A stretch of DNA of 64,000 nt, taken from the NCBI GenBank assembly GCA_037444505.1, contig JBBIMH010000014.1:2206-66205 (forward strand). The letters run 5' to 3'. This document shows positions 48,389 through 58,292 of this stretch, piece by piece. Below the pieces are notes generated by a model. It made no database searches. It saw only the letters and a program-made list of their open reading frames with translations, and was not told where the DNA came from. Position 1 is the first letter of the stretch. The number at the start of each line of letters is the position of its first letter. This DNA comes from Nitrospirota bacterium. GTDB taxonomy: Bacteria > Nitrospirota > UBA9217. A program made the translations under genes and the position numbers.

Positions 48389-50508
48389 ATATCGCTGCCC
48401 GGCCGGCCCGCCTGCTCGCTCTCATGGACTGGGAGCACTACCCTGAATATGCTGCCCTTTCCTGGCTCGCTCTCGACCTCTATTCTGCCACCATGGTTCT
48501 GGACGATGCGATAGCTTATAGAAAGCCCGAGCCCTGTGCCGCCGCCGTCCGTCTTGGTGGAGAAGAACGGCTCGAATATCTTTCCTATGACCTCGGGCGG
48601 GATGCCTGTCCCGGTATCCGAGATCTCCACCCACGTCTCATTCGGAGCACTAGATTTGAGCCGGATTTTCAGGTCTCCGCCATTAGGCATGGCCTGGATG
48701 GCGTTATTGACTATATTGATGAATACCTGCTTGATCTCATTCGGATTCATGTTCACCATGACCGGAACGCCGTCATACTCTTCGTGAATCCTTATCGAGG
48801 ATGCGCCGGCTACACCCTGGACAAGCGCAACCGTCTCCTTGAGCGGCTTGAGCAGGTCCGAGGGCTGCCTCCGCGTCGGCCCCTGTCTTGCGAAGTCCAA
48901 TAGGTTCCTGATTATCTTCCTGACCCGTATGGTTTCCTGCTCTATTATAGACAGCAGTTTCTTGGGTTGTTCCGGAAGATCGAGCGTCTTCATGAGGTGG
49001 CTCGTATAGCCGAGGACGCTCGTGAGCGGATTGTTTATCTCGTGCGCGACAGTGGCGGCGAGTTCTCCAATGGCGGCCATCTTCGTAGAACGGACGAGCT
49101 GCTCCTGGGCCTGCCTCAATTCCTCCATATTCTTTTTGATCTCCTCGAACAGCCTGGCGTTCTGAAGGGCCGAGCCGGCCATGTTCGAGAATACGGTAAA
49201 CAACCTCAAGTCGTGCCTGTCAAAACAGGTGCCTCCCTTCTTGTTGAATGCGGTAAGGAGACCGAGCACTTTGTTGGATGACCACAGTGGAACGGACATG
49301 AGACATCTTATACCGAGCTGTTCCACCTGCTCCCTATCGAGTCTGAAGTCGGTTTGGGCGTCCAGGATCAAAAGCGGCGAGCCGTAGCTCACAATCCAGT
49401 TGTACACACCTCCGGCCTCCAAGGCCTGGTCCAGCCCTTTGAGCGCAGCCGTCTTGCTGCCGAACACGGCCGCATACTTCATGGACTTTTCATGCGGATC
49501 CACCACGGACAGCGCAACTGTATCCGCCCTCACAAGGTCCTCTGCGCGGCCTGCAATCTTTCCTATAAGCGCATCAATATCGAGGCTCTCCATGAAATCT
49601 ATACCCGCTGCATGGAGTATGAACAGGTCCCTGTTTCCTTGAGATAGGCTCGTCTCCCGCTGCCTGAGCGCTACAGCCATCTGGTTGAAGGCCCTCGCAA
49701 GGGTGGCGATCTCATCCCGGCCGTTTACTGGCATCGGGGTCTTCCAGTTCTGCCTCCCCAACTCTTTCACTGCCTGAGAGAGCCGTGACAACGGCTTCGT
49801 GATGCTGGCGGCTATTATCTGACTGAAGATGAGGCCGAGCAGAAACACGCCTGCAAAGGCAGCCAAGCCTCTTCTGGCGAATATGGAGAGCCTTTCATTA
49901 TCCTGCCTGCCGGACAGCCCGAGCCGGATATAGCCTACTATATTGCCTGCGATTACTATCGGGTATGTCAGGTCATAGACACCCTCAGAGGAGATCACAA
50001 AGGTTGGCTCGAGGCTTTTCATTGCCTCACCATCAGGAGATTGCCAAAGGAGGGACGCGCCTGAGGGCAATGAAACGGGCCTTTTTGCGGCAGCCGGCGT
50101 GATGATGCTCTGGCCCGCCCTGCCTACTATCAAATCCCCTTTGTTGTCATAGACCGCAATATAGATGATGTCGCTGTGGGTCGGCGACGAATCTGCAGAC
50201 AGAAAAGCGGGAATGATCTTTTTGTAGACTTCGTATGCGTTGCGTGTGATTACATCGTCCGCGGTCAGTACCGATATGTGGCCTGCGATATAGAGGGCCC
50301 GACGCCGGATCTCATTGTCCACTTCATCCTTGCCGGTGGCGTAGAAAAACGCGCCTACGAGCGCAGCCACCAGAAGAATGGCGAGGGACATAAAGAACGA
50401 GACCCTGCAGCCGATGCTTCCGAACCATCGGCTGCAAGCGCGAAGGCGCGCTTCTGCACGGGATAGTATCTTCTGTATCCATGCCATAGGCCGTGCCGCT
50501 GAAATCAC
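48385..50508 (-). CDS. Membrane sensor histidine kinase (periplasmic domain, HAMP, GAF, HisKA, HATPase)
   Basis: TM-periplasmic-TM topology, HAMP, GAF, H-box AATVAHEINNPLTSV. Its stop overlaps the start of the SBP gene by 4 nt. The start is GTG at 50508 or ATG at 50487. Confidence 0.88.
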   Translation of the reverse strand: MISAARPMAWIQKILSRAEARLRACSRWFGSIGCRVSFFMSLAILLVAALVGAFFYATGKDEVDNEIRRRALYIAGHISVLTADDVITRNAYEVYKKIIPAFLSADSSPTHSDIIYIAVYDNKGDLIVGRAGQSIITPAAAKRPVSLPSGASLLWQSPDGEAMKSLEPTFVISSEGVYDLTYPIVIAGNIVGYIRLGLSGRQDNERLSIFARRGLAAFAGVFLLGLIFSQIIAASITKPLSRLSQAVKELGRQNWKTPMPVNGRDEIATLARAFNQMAVALRQRETSLSQGNRDLFILHAAGIDFMESLDIDALIGKIAGRAEDLVRADTVALSVVDPHEKSMKYAAVFGSKTAALKGLDQALEAGGVYNWIVSYGSPLLILDAQTDFRLDREQVEQLGIRCLMSVPLWSSNKVLGLLTAFNKKGGTCFDRHDLRLFTVFSNMAGSALQNARLFEEIKKNMEELRQAQEQLVRSTKMAAIGELAATVAHEINNPLTSVLGYTSHLMKTLDLPEQPKKLLSIIEQETIRVRKIIRNLLDFARQGPTRRQPSDLLKPLKETVALVQGVAGASSIRIHEEYDGVPVMVNMNPNEIKQVFINIVNNAIQAMPNGGDLKIRLKSSAPNETWVEISDTGTGIPPEVIGKIFEPFFSTKTDGGGTGLGLSISYRIVQNHGGRIEVESEPGKGSIFRVVLPVHESEQAGRPGSDI

Positions 50509-50548
50509 AGCTTATAATAACACAAAACAGTGCCCCTGTAAACGCAAT

Positions 50549-50577
50549 AAAAAAGAGGCAAAAATAAACGTCTGCCT
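50549..50577 (-). terminator. Candidate intrinsic terminator downstream of the LamG pseudogene
   Basis: The minus-strand RNA forms gaggca / ugccuc (6-bp stem, long loop) followed by UUUUUU. Confidence 0.4.
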
Positions 50578-50765
50578 CCATTGCGTCTGTTTTACGCGTA
50601 GGTTAAGGGCTTTTTATGGTGTGCGGCTGCCCTTATGTCTTCATCTGGTCAAGATAAAGCGCTGGACAGCTTCCGACGGTAATCCACCCTGGTAATCTCA
50701 AACTTGAAAAAAGCGCCCGGCCTATTCTCCCCGCAATCCTCACACCGCCGCCACTACAATGGAAA

Positions 50766-53475
50766 CTAAGGCGGCGTCTTTCCGTTCTGACTGTTGAATA
50801 ACTCACGGACCTCGTCAGGCGTGAGCGCACAGTTATAGATGACAAACTCGTCGAGAAGACCGTTGAAGTATTCATCCTCCCCCCCGGGTCTATTGACGCC
50901 AAGCTCGATCCATTCGTTTCCGTTTATCATCGGGTCGTTGTTGAATACTTTCGAAACAGCTTCAAGCCCATTAAGATAGAGAATAATCTTCTTGTCCGTA
51001 TAAACAGCAGCAAAGTGGGTCCAGTTGTTTAAAGGTACTGAACCCGCATTCGTCTCCACTGACTCCCACCCCTGACTTCTGTTCCAGTTATGCCGATAGC
51101 TTATGCTCTGGTTTGTTTCGTACCATATTTCCTACCCGCCGGTATTTTCGAGCCCGCGGTCGATAATCCCACCCCACTGAGCAGCTTTAGGATAACTCCA
51201 GCCGGTTATTGTGAAGTTGGTTGTGATGTTCAAGTTTACAGGAGCAAAATTCGATACATACTGATTTGATCCATTAAAGCTCCCTGCCGCAGCCCCGACT
51301 TTAGCATCCGGTTTATTGAATCCAGGTCCACCACTGGCGGTAAAAAAGTTGTTATTTCCAGACGAATCCTCCCAATTGTTTTCCATCCGCCAATAAGCCA
51401 CTCTACCCAAATCTTTATTGTAATACTTTACAACTTCTTCGGCCGTAATGGCGCGATTGTACACGATCAGCTCATCCATGAGACCAGCGAAGTATCCGCT
51501 ACCGTCAAGGAATCTGTCTATCGTGTAAGCGCCCGAGACGGTAGGCAGCCTTGAGATCGAACCTATGATGTCCAACGCATCATCTACATAGACCCGAACA
51601 ACGTTAGTACTCGGGCCTTCGTAAACACCAGCGATGAAGTGCCATCTGCCGTCCGCCAAATCAGTAGTGCCGGAAACCGAATCAGCATTTAGGCCGCTCA
51701 GCACGGCAGCATGGTTTAGATCATCTATATACATGGCGAAGTCTCTAGTTGTCCCTCCGCTAAGAGCCGTCCCATACTCGATGATTGCCTTCTTCCTTGT
51801 CCTGCCTGCTGGGGCCTTCACCAACGCTTAAATACTCCTAGGTACGAAGCTCCCAGGAAGCTTGGGAGCATCGCCAGTGACGTAATCGTCATTTCCATCG
51901 AGACTTGCTGCTGTGCTCCCAGCACGAAACGCTGCACTGAAGACAGGACCACCAAAAGCTGTTCCATGACTCTGGCTGGTAGCCGAGTCGTTCCAGTTAT
52001 TTTCCATGTGCCACACAGCTACACGACCAAAATCGTCATGATAATCTCGTCTATCAGGCCGTTTATATTGTTGCCTAAGCAGTATTCCTGCCCAATCTAG
52101 AAATCCGCCACGCCGTTCGACTGTAAACATGAGGCCGATATCTCATTATTTACTTCTCCGTTCACATATATCTTTAGCCTGTTCCCGTCAAATGTACCGG
52201 CTACGTGATACCACTCCGTCTGGGCTCCGGTCGCAGGCACAACCCCCGAGTAGGCATAATAACCTGAATACTTATTCACGACAAAAGCAACAAACTGATT
52301 ATCTTTCAATCCAATGGCGTAATCCTCGCTATTTCCCCACTCCGCCTGCTATCGTTCTCCTGCCGCCGTTGCCGGTATCATCGAGCTTTACCCACGCCTC
52401 AATGGTGAAGGCATTGTCCGGAAAATTGCCGTACAGATTGCCTATTTTCACATAATCATTAACTCCTCTGAAATTGCCCGAATGCGTACCCGCAATCTTG
52501 TTTCCGTCATTAAAGGCCGGAGCACCTATATTGACAGCCGTTCCATTCAAGCCATCTCCCGAAGCGTCCGTCCAGTCGCCGTCCATATGATACTGCGCAG
52601 CAAGATCAGGATACTTCACGTTTCCCTTGTTCAAACCCAAGATCGTGATGAGTTCTTCCAAATACGCCCGCGTCGTAAATTCACCGCTGTTGTCCCATAA
52701 CCGGATGAATCCTGAATCAGGATAGGCGGCATTGTAGTTCTTGAGCCGTGCGCCTGCTCCACTTCCATTCCCTACGTACACCCTCGTCACCTGCGATCCG
52801 GCAACCGGCGTGCAACTCGTTTATCTCGTTTTATCCCAAGCAGTGCGCCATCTCGGTATACATCTACATCGCCGCATGATGTGATTGACCATGATATGCC
52901 GAGAACGTTCTGGCCGGCTCCCCAGCCCCAGACAATACTAGTACCATTCGACGAACCGACGTAATACAGCGGGACTTACTGCATCCACACCACTGTCCCG
53001 CCGGCATCCAAATATTTTCTAATAATGGCATTAGACGACTGATCATTTGCCACCGTGTCGGGTGCCACATCCTGGGCCATCACTGCCACAGACCCCGCGC
53101 CGTTCGCCTGCATAAAGGTCTTGAGCTCGTCGGCGTCCACAGCTGTAAAGCCGTTCGCAACAAGGAAGTTCTTGTAGATCAATGCCTCTGCCCTGCTGAT
53201 CCATGCCACAGGATATCTTGTATCGTAGTACATCACTCTTAGCTGTTCACTGTAGCTTCCGGTCCTGAAGGTAGAAACGTATTCAGTTATGCTGACGTTG
53301 CCCATAACGTCTTCGATGCCCGGCTTAAGCGTGACGGTGTAGAAGGTTGTTGATGATAACCTGCCCTTCTGTCGCGAGCGTGCCGGAGACAGAGGATGCC
53401 GTGAGCCGCTGCGGACAGACAAGGTTGATTACTGGAAGAGCAGCAATCAGAAACAGCGATGGGTGGCAACGGCAT
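50766..53475 (-). pseudogene. Decayed multi-domain surface protein (signal peptide, Ig-like segment, alpha/beta domain, 3-4 LamG/Laminin_G_3 repeats)
   Basis: Seven ORF fragments (53287, 52976, 52329, 52097, 51828, 51132, 50766) read as one protein once breaks are bridged. In-frame stops lie at 52976 (TAA), 52097 (TAG), 51828 (TAA) and 51132 (TAG). Frame changes lie near 53420, 52820, 52338 and 52050. The LamG junction motif (GL[IM]DE..[IV]YN..[IL]T..EV ... RVA.W.MENNW) is repeated. Confidence 0.8.
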
Positions 53476-53856
53476 TACTTGACGTTGAGAAGCGGCTTAA
53501 TCGAGTGAATGGCTATCGGCATCTCCAAGAACTCAGAGACGCATTGCAAAAAGATATACGCCAGAGAAAAGAGAAAGACGAACAAAAGGAGGCAGCGGCT
53601 GCCTGAAGCAGCATAGGGGCTGGTACTGAATTTCAACTAAAAAAGGTATTGACACATTGATGTCTGCATCTCCCATGTCTGGAAGAGATGAGGGAAAATA
53701 TTAAGATAATTTTTTGTTGTCAAGCGATTTTTTTAAGACCAAAAATAAAAATGGCCATCTACATGAAGGCTTTTTTTTGGCGGGGCGATTCTTTTATGGT
53801 AGAGGCAAGGCCACAACCTTGCCTCTATACGACCCCAGGGGGGTCGGCATTGATTC

Positions 53857-54255
53857 TTAGTTTTTCCCCTGGGCAGGGGGCTGCTTTGACTCCTTCGCGC
53901 GTTTCTCGACGAGCTCTATGACCGCCATGGGCGCAGCATCACCTATGCGGTTGCGCGTCTTTATAATCCTCGTATAGCCGCCGTTTCTGCCGGCGAAGCG
54001 GGGGGCCACCTCGCTGAACAGGCTCTTGACCACGGCCTCGTCGAGAATGAAGCTCAGGGCCTGGCGCCTCGCATGCAGGTCGCCGCGCTTTGCGAGCGTT
54101 ATCATCCTTTCGGCCAAAGGCCTGATCTCCTTGGCCTTTGCGACAGTGGTCTCGATCCGCTCATTTTTCAATAATGACGTGACAAGCGTTCTCAGAAGGG
54201 CTTTGCGATGCCCAGAGTTCCTGCCGAATTGTCTTCCAGCGCATGCATGTCTCAT
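53857..54255 (-). CDS. rplQ: 50S ribosomal protein L17
   Basis: [21 protein letters not shown] signature. Confidence 0.95.
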   Translation of the reverse strand: MRHACAGRQFGRNSGHRKALLRTLVTSLLKNERIETTVAKAKEIRPLAERMITLAKRGDLHARRQALSFILDEAVVKSLFSEVAPRFAGRNGGYTRIIKTRNRIGDAAPMAVIELVEKRAKESKQPPAQGKN

Positions 54256-54258
54256 AAC

Positions 54259-55278
54259 TCATCCCTCCACCGGCCGCTCGTCCAGCAGCTTTCTCGCCTC
54301 AGCCACGATTGACTCATCTACCTTCATGCCGAGGTTCAGCCCCATCTCGGCAAGTATCTCTTTTATCTCATTCAAGGACTTCCTACCGAAGTTCTTGGTC
54401 TTGAGCATCTCGCCCTCGGTTCTCTGCACGAGCTCCGCAATCGTCTCTATGCCGGCATTCTTGAGGCAGTTTGCTGCACGCACCGAGAGCTCAAGCTCGT
54501 TCACGCTGCGCAGGAGGTTTTCATTAAAAGATGGAGCCTTCTTTGCCTCTTCCTCGTCTGCAGGCAGCACCTCCTCCTCGGGCAAATGTATGAATATGCT
54601 CAGATGGTCCTTGAGGAGCTTTGCAGCATGGGCAACCGCATCATCCGGCCGGATACTGCCGTCGGTCCAGACCTCGAGAACGAGCTTGTCATAATCCGTC
54701 TCCTGCCCTACGCGCGCATTCTCCACCTTGAAGTTGACACGCCTCACAGGGGAGAATATGGCATCAATGGGAATTACGCCGATCGGCTGTCCCGGCTCCT
54801 TGTTCTTGTCGGACGGCGCATAGCCCCTGCCGCGCCTGGCCTTCATTTCTATCTCGAGCTTGCCGTTTTTGTCTATCGTGGCGATATGAATGTCCGGATT
54901 GAGAATCTCCACCTCCGCATCCGCCTCTATGTCCTTCGCTGTGACTTCCGCCGGGCCCTTGGCTTTAAGCATGAGGGTCTTCGGCCGCTCAGAATGAAGC
55001 TTGAGACGCACCTCCTTCAGGTTCAATATGAGGTCGGTTGTGTCCTCCACCACACCCGGTATGCTTGAGAATTCATGCTGCACACCGCTTATCTTCACGG
55101 ACGTGATGGCCGATCCCTCGAGAGAAGACAGCAGCACGCGTCTGAGCGAGTTTCCGAGCGTAGTGCCGAAACCTCGCTCGAGAGGCTCTGCCACGAACTT
55201 CCCATATGTATCGGTCATCTTCTTGGGGTCGTACTGCAGTTTCTTTGGCATCTGAACGTCTTTTGCTCTTTTCAGCAT
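54259..55278 (-). CDS. rpoA: DNA-directed RNA polymerase alpha subunit
   Basis: [29 protein letters not shown] and a C-terminal domain [17 protein letters not shown]. Confidence 0.95.
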   Translation of the reverse strand: MLKRAKDVQMPKKLQYDPKKMTDTYGKFVAEPLERGFGTTLGNSLRRVLLSSLEGSAITSVKISGVQHEFSSIPGVVEDTTDLILNLKEVRLKLHSERPKTLMLKAKGPAEVTAKDIEADAEVEILNPDIHIATIDKNGKLEIEMKARRGRGYAPSDKNKEPGQPIGVIPIDAIFSPVRRVNFKVENARVGQETDYDKLVLEVWTDGSIRPDDAVAHAAKLLKDHLSIFIHLPEEEVLPADEEEAKKAPSFNENLLRSVNELELSVRAANCLKNAGIETIAELVQRTEGEMLKTKNFGRKSLNEIKEILAEMGLNLGMKVDESIVAEARKLLDERPVEG

Positions 55279-55513
55279 ATCTCCTCCGTGACGGAGCGAA
55301 AAAGTCCAACGCTGTTCAAGGAGACCGACCAGGCTGCGACCTGGCGTTCAAACCGACAGCAGACCGCCGTTTGGTTAATCCGATTGAAATTATCCTAAAC
55401 AGGGCAGTAGTCCCTGGTTCACTCCGCCAAAAACAATGGCTGATAATTAGGCAGCGCAGGCCGTCGCGCGCGGCGTCCTGTCGGCCTTACACCGACAGTT
55501 TGACCGAGAGGCG

Positions 55514-56143
55514 CTACTTCGAATACAACTCGACTACAAGCTGCTCCTTCACAGTCGGCATCGTGGTCTCGTCTCTCGTCGGCAGTGAAAGCACCTTCCC
55601 GCGATACTGTGCCTTGTCTATCTCGAGCCAGGACGGAAAGCCCCTCTTCTCCACGGCCCCCAATGTCTGCTGGATGTGCGCAATCGCCCTGCTCTTCTCC
55701 CGGAGCTCAATCACATCTCCGGCCTTGAGCAGATATGACGGGATATTGACCTTGCCGCCGTTGACGAGTATATGTCCGTGGCGTACAAGCTGTCTGGCCT
55801 CCTTCTTGGAACCTGCAAATCCCATCCGCTGCACTACATTGTCAAGCCGGCGCTCGAGCAGCTGCAGGAGGTTGTCGCCGGTTATACCCTTCATCTTCGC
55901 AGCACGTGCGAAATATCCGCGGAACTGGCGCTCCAATACGCCGTACACCCTTCGTATCTTCTCCTTCTCCCTGAGCTGGAGTGCGTATTCAGACAATTTC
56001 ACCCGTGCCTGCCCGTGCTGGCCCGGAGGAAAGTTCCTCCTCATGATGCCGCACTTATCAGTATAACAGCGCTCTCCCTTGAGGAACAGCTTCATGCCTT
56101 CCCGCCTGCAGAGCTTGCATACCGCCTCTCTATACCTTGCCAC
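55514..56143 (-). CDS. rpsD: 30S ribosomal protein S4
   Basis: [26 protein letters not shown] signature. Confidence 0.95.
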   Translation of the reverse strand: MARYREAVCKLCRREGMKLFLKGERCYTDKCGIMRRNFPPGQHGQARVKLSEYALQLREKEKIRRVYGVLERQFRGYFARAAKMKGITGDNLLQLLERRLDNVVQRMGFAGSKKEARQLVRHGHILVNGGKVNIPSYLLKAGDVIELREKSRAIAHIQQTLGAVEKRGFPSWLEIDKAQYRGKVLSLPTRDETTMPTVKEQLVVELYSK

Positions 56144-56249
56144 TTATTTCCTCCTTCCCCGCGTATCGCGGGGATCGAATATGCCGCAACGAATCTTCTT
56201 TACCTGAGTATCTATCTTCGGATCTGACTTCCTGATGACGCAAAGCCCT

Positions 56250-56624
56250 CTACACGCGTCTCCGCTTGGGCGGCCTGCACCCGTTGTGCGGAATGGGGGT
56301 GACATCCTTGATCGCCGTTATCTCCAATCCTGCGGCGGCAATCGCCCTAATCGCCGATTCCCTGCCGGCGCCCGGCCCCTTGACATATACCTCGACCTGC
56401 TTCATGCCGTGCTCCATCGCACGCTTGGCAGCGGCCTCCGCAGCGAGCTGGGAGGCGAACGGCGTGCTTTTTCTCGATCCCTTGAAGCCTTGGTTACCGG
56501 CGCTCGACCACGTGATCACATTACCCGCAGGATCTGTAATCGTTACGATAGTGTTGTTGAAAGAGGCGTGTATGTGAGCCACGCCGACCGCAATGTTCTT
56601 CTTTTCCTTGCCTTTTTTGGCCAT
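56250..56624 (-). CDS. rpsK: 30S ribosomal protein S11
   Basis: [18 protein letters not shown] signature. Confidence 0.95.
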   Translation of the reverse strand: MAKKGKEKKNIAVGVAHIHASFNNTIVTITDPAGNVITWSSAGNQGFKGSRKSTPFASQLAAEAAAKRAMEHGMKQVEVYVKGPGAGRESAIRAIAAAGLEITAIKDVTPIPHNGCRPPKRRRV

Positions 56625-56651
56625 AGTTCTTCAACCTCTGTAGTGTCGGTT

Positions 56652-57044
56652 CTATTTCTTCGCAAGTCCCTTCTTCTTGCCCCTGCCTGCGATAGAGCCC
56701 TTCTTCGGTCCCTTGCGCGTTCTGGCATTCGTCCTGGTTCGCTGACCGCGGACGGGCAGGCCCCTCCTGTGGCGCAGACCTCTATAGCAGCCGATGTCCA
56801 TGAGCCTCTTTATATGCATGGCGACATCCCTGCGGAGATCGCCCTCCACCACATAGTCACGCTCTATTATCGAGCGAATCTTGACTATCTCGTCCTCTCT
56901 GAGCTTGCTGCTCCGCGTACTCGGATCTACGCCCGCCGCTGCGAGTATCCTGGCTGCGAGGCTCCTTCCGATTCCGTAAATATAGGTGAGCGCTATATCT
57001 ATGCGCTTGTCCTTGGGTAGATCTACTCCGGCTATCCTAGCCAC
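56652..57044 (-). CDS. rpsM: 30S ribosomal protein S13
   Basis: [26 protein letters not shown] signature. Confidence 0.95.
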   Translation of the reverse strand: MARIAGVDLPKDKRIDIALTYIYGIGRSLAARILAAAGVDPSTRSSKLREDEIVKIRSIIERDYVVEGDLRRDVAMHIKRLMDIGCYRGLRHRRGLPVRGQRTRTNARTRKGPKKGSIAGRGKKKGLAKK

Positions 57045-57139
57045 GGTCCCTCCTCGATGTATAACTGAATCTAAACTCTGTATTCGTGCCGAGATCCTGA
57101 ATGTATGTCCGAGCAGTCTCTATGCGGATCTCGGGCCTA

Positions 57140-57253
57140 TCATCCCTGACGCTGCTTATGGCGCGCGTTCTCGCAGATTACGCGCACAACCCCTCCGCGC
57201 CTGATGATCCTGCATTTCTTGCAAATACGTCTAACAGATGATCTGACCTTCAT
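57140..57253 (-). CDS. rpmJ: 50S ribosomal protein L36
   Basis: Not in the ORF track because it is under 60 aa. Hand translation gives [37 protein letters not shown], with the expected position between infA and rpsM. Confidence 0.9.
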   Translation of the reverse strand: MKVRSSVRRICKKCRIIRRGGVVRVICENARHKQRQG

Positions 57254-57291
57254 GATACTATCTCCACATGTAAAAAAATTCGGTACGACCC

Positions 57292-57519
57292 CTATTTGAA
57301 CCTGTACGTTATCCTTCCGCGGGTCAGGTCATATGGCGACAACTCCACCGTCACCTTGTCGCCGGGCAAGATCTTGATATAGTGCATCCGCATCTTGCCC
57401 GAAATGTGCGCAAGAATCTTGTGGCCGTTCTCCATCTCCACGCGGAACATTGCGTTCGGCAGTGTCTCGAGCACTGTTCCCTGGACCTCTATTACATCTT
57501 CTTTGGACATATTCTCCAA
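57292..57519 (-). CDS. infA: Translation initiation factor IF-1
   Basis: [39 protein letters not shown] signature. The start could be the ATG at 57510. Confidence 0.95.
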   Translation of the reverse strand: MENMSKEDVIEVQGTVLETLPNAMFRVEMENGHKILAHISGKMRMHYIKILPGDKVTVELSPYDLTRGRITYRFK

Positions 57520-57523
57520 AGCC

Positions 57524-58276
57524 CTATTCCCGGGCCGTCAGTATGCGAGGACCGTCGGGCATAACCGCCACCGTATGCTCGAAATGAGCGGACAACCTCC
57601 CGTCCGCTGTGACCACCGTCCATCTATCGTCGAGGATCACCGTGCCGCTCACGCCCTCGTTTATCATCGGCTCTATCGCGAGCACCATGCCCGCCTTCAG
57701 CCTGGGTCCCCTGCCCGGCTCTCCGAAATTCGGTATCTGGGGATCCTCGTGCAAGCTCTTGCCTATTCCGTGACCTACGAAGTCCCTCACCACTGAGTAG
57801 CCGCGCGATTCGGCATGGCCCTGGATGGCGGATGAAATATCATAAAGCCTGCCGCCTGGCCTTGCCGCTTCAATGCCGAGCTTGAGGGCTTCCTCCGCAG
57901 TATTTATAAGCCTCTCGGCTGCAGACGTCACCCTGCCGACCGGAAGCGTTATTGCGGCGTCTCCATAATATCCATCGAGGGTCACGCCGAGGTCGAGGCT
58001 TATTATATCCCCCTCCCGAAGCACTACGCTGCGGGAGGGAAGTCCATGGACCACCTGATCATTTACCGATGCGCACAGCGTCGCCGGATATCCTCTGTAG
58101 CCCTTGAACGCCGGACGGCCTCCACAGGAGAGGATGAATTTTTCGGCGAATTCATCCAGCGCCAGTGTATTTACACCCGGACGCACCCGCTCCCTGAGCC
58201 CCTCAAGTGCATCCGCCACTATCACGCACGCTCTCCGGATTTTTTCGATTTCATCGGGCGACTTTATGATGATCAT
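57524..58276 (-). CDS. map: Type I methionine aminopeptidase
   Basis: Pita-bread fold motifs ([27 protein letters not shown]). Confidence 0.95.
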   Translation of the reverse strand: MIIIKSPDEIEKIRRACVIVADALEGLRERVRPGVNTLALDEFAEKFILSCGGRPAFKGYRGYPATLCASVNDQVVHGLPSRSVVLREGDIISLDLGVTLDGYYGDAAITLPVGRVTSAAERLINTAEEALKLGIEAARPGGRLYDISSAIQGHAESRGYSVVRDFVGHGIGKSLHEDPQIPNFGEPGRGPRLKAGMVLAIEPMINEGVSGTVILDDRWTVVTADGRLSAHFEHTVAVMPDGPRILTARE

Positions 58277-58292
58277 GTAGCCACCGCGGCCT

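Noticed and set aside
50514-50542. Candidate sigma-70 promoter (minus strand TTTACA, 17-nt spacer, TATTAT) for the seven-gene signalling operon.
   Set aside because: The hexamers are plausible, but the -10 lies only 6 nt from the annotated GTG start. It would require the ATG at 50487 with no evident RBS. This is too uncertain to list as a feature.
50766-53422. Treating the LamG fragments (50766..51059, 51132..51824, 51828..52130, 52097..52309, 52329..52790, 52976..53422) as six separate genes. Also treating their in-frame stops as recoding or an alternative genetic code.
   Set aside because: The fragments continue one another across stops and frameshifts, with repeated domain-junction motifs. 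TAA and TAG are used as ordinary terminators elsewhere in the window (for example tlyA TAA, infA TAG). Frameshifts accompany the stops, so decay is the simpler explanation.
53802-53830. 10-bp perfect hairpin (agaggcaagg / ccttgcctct) just downstream of rplQ as an intrinsic terminator.
   Set aside because: No U-tract follows the stem on the minus-strand transcript. It may still act as a stabilising or Rho-related element, but it cannot be called a canonical terminator.
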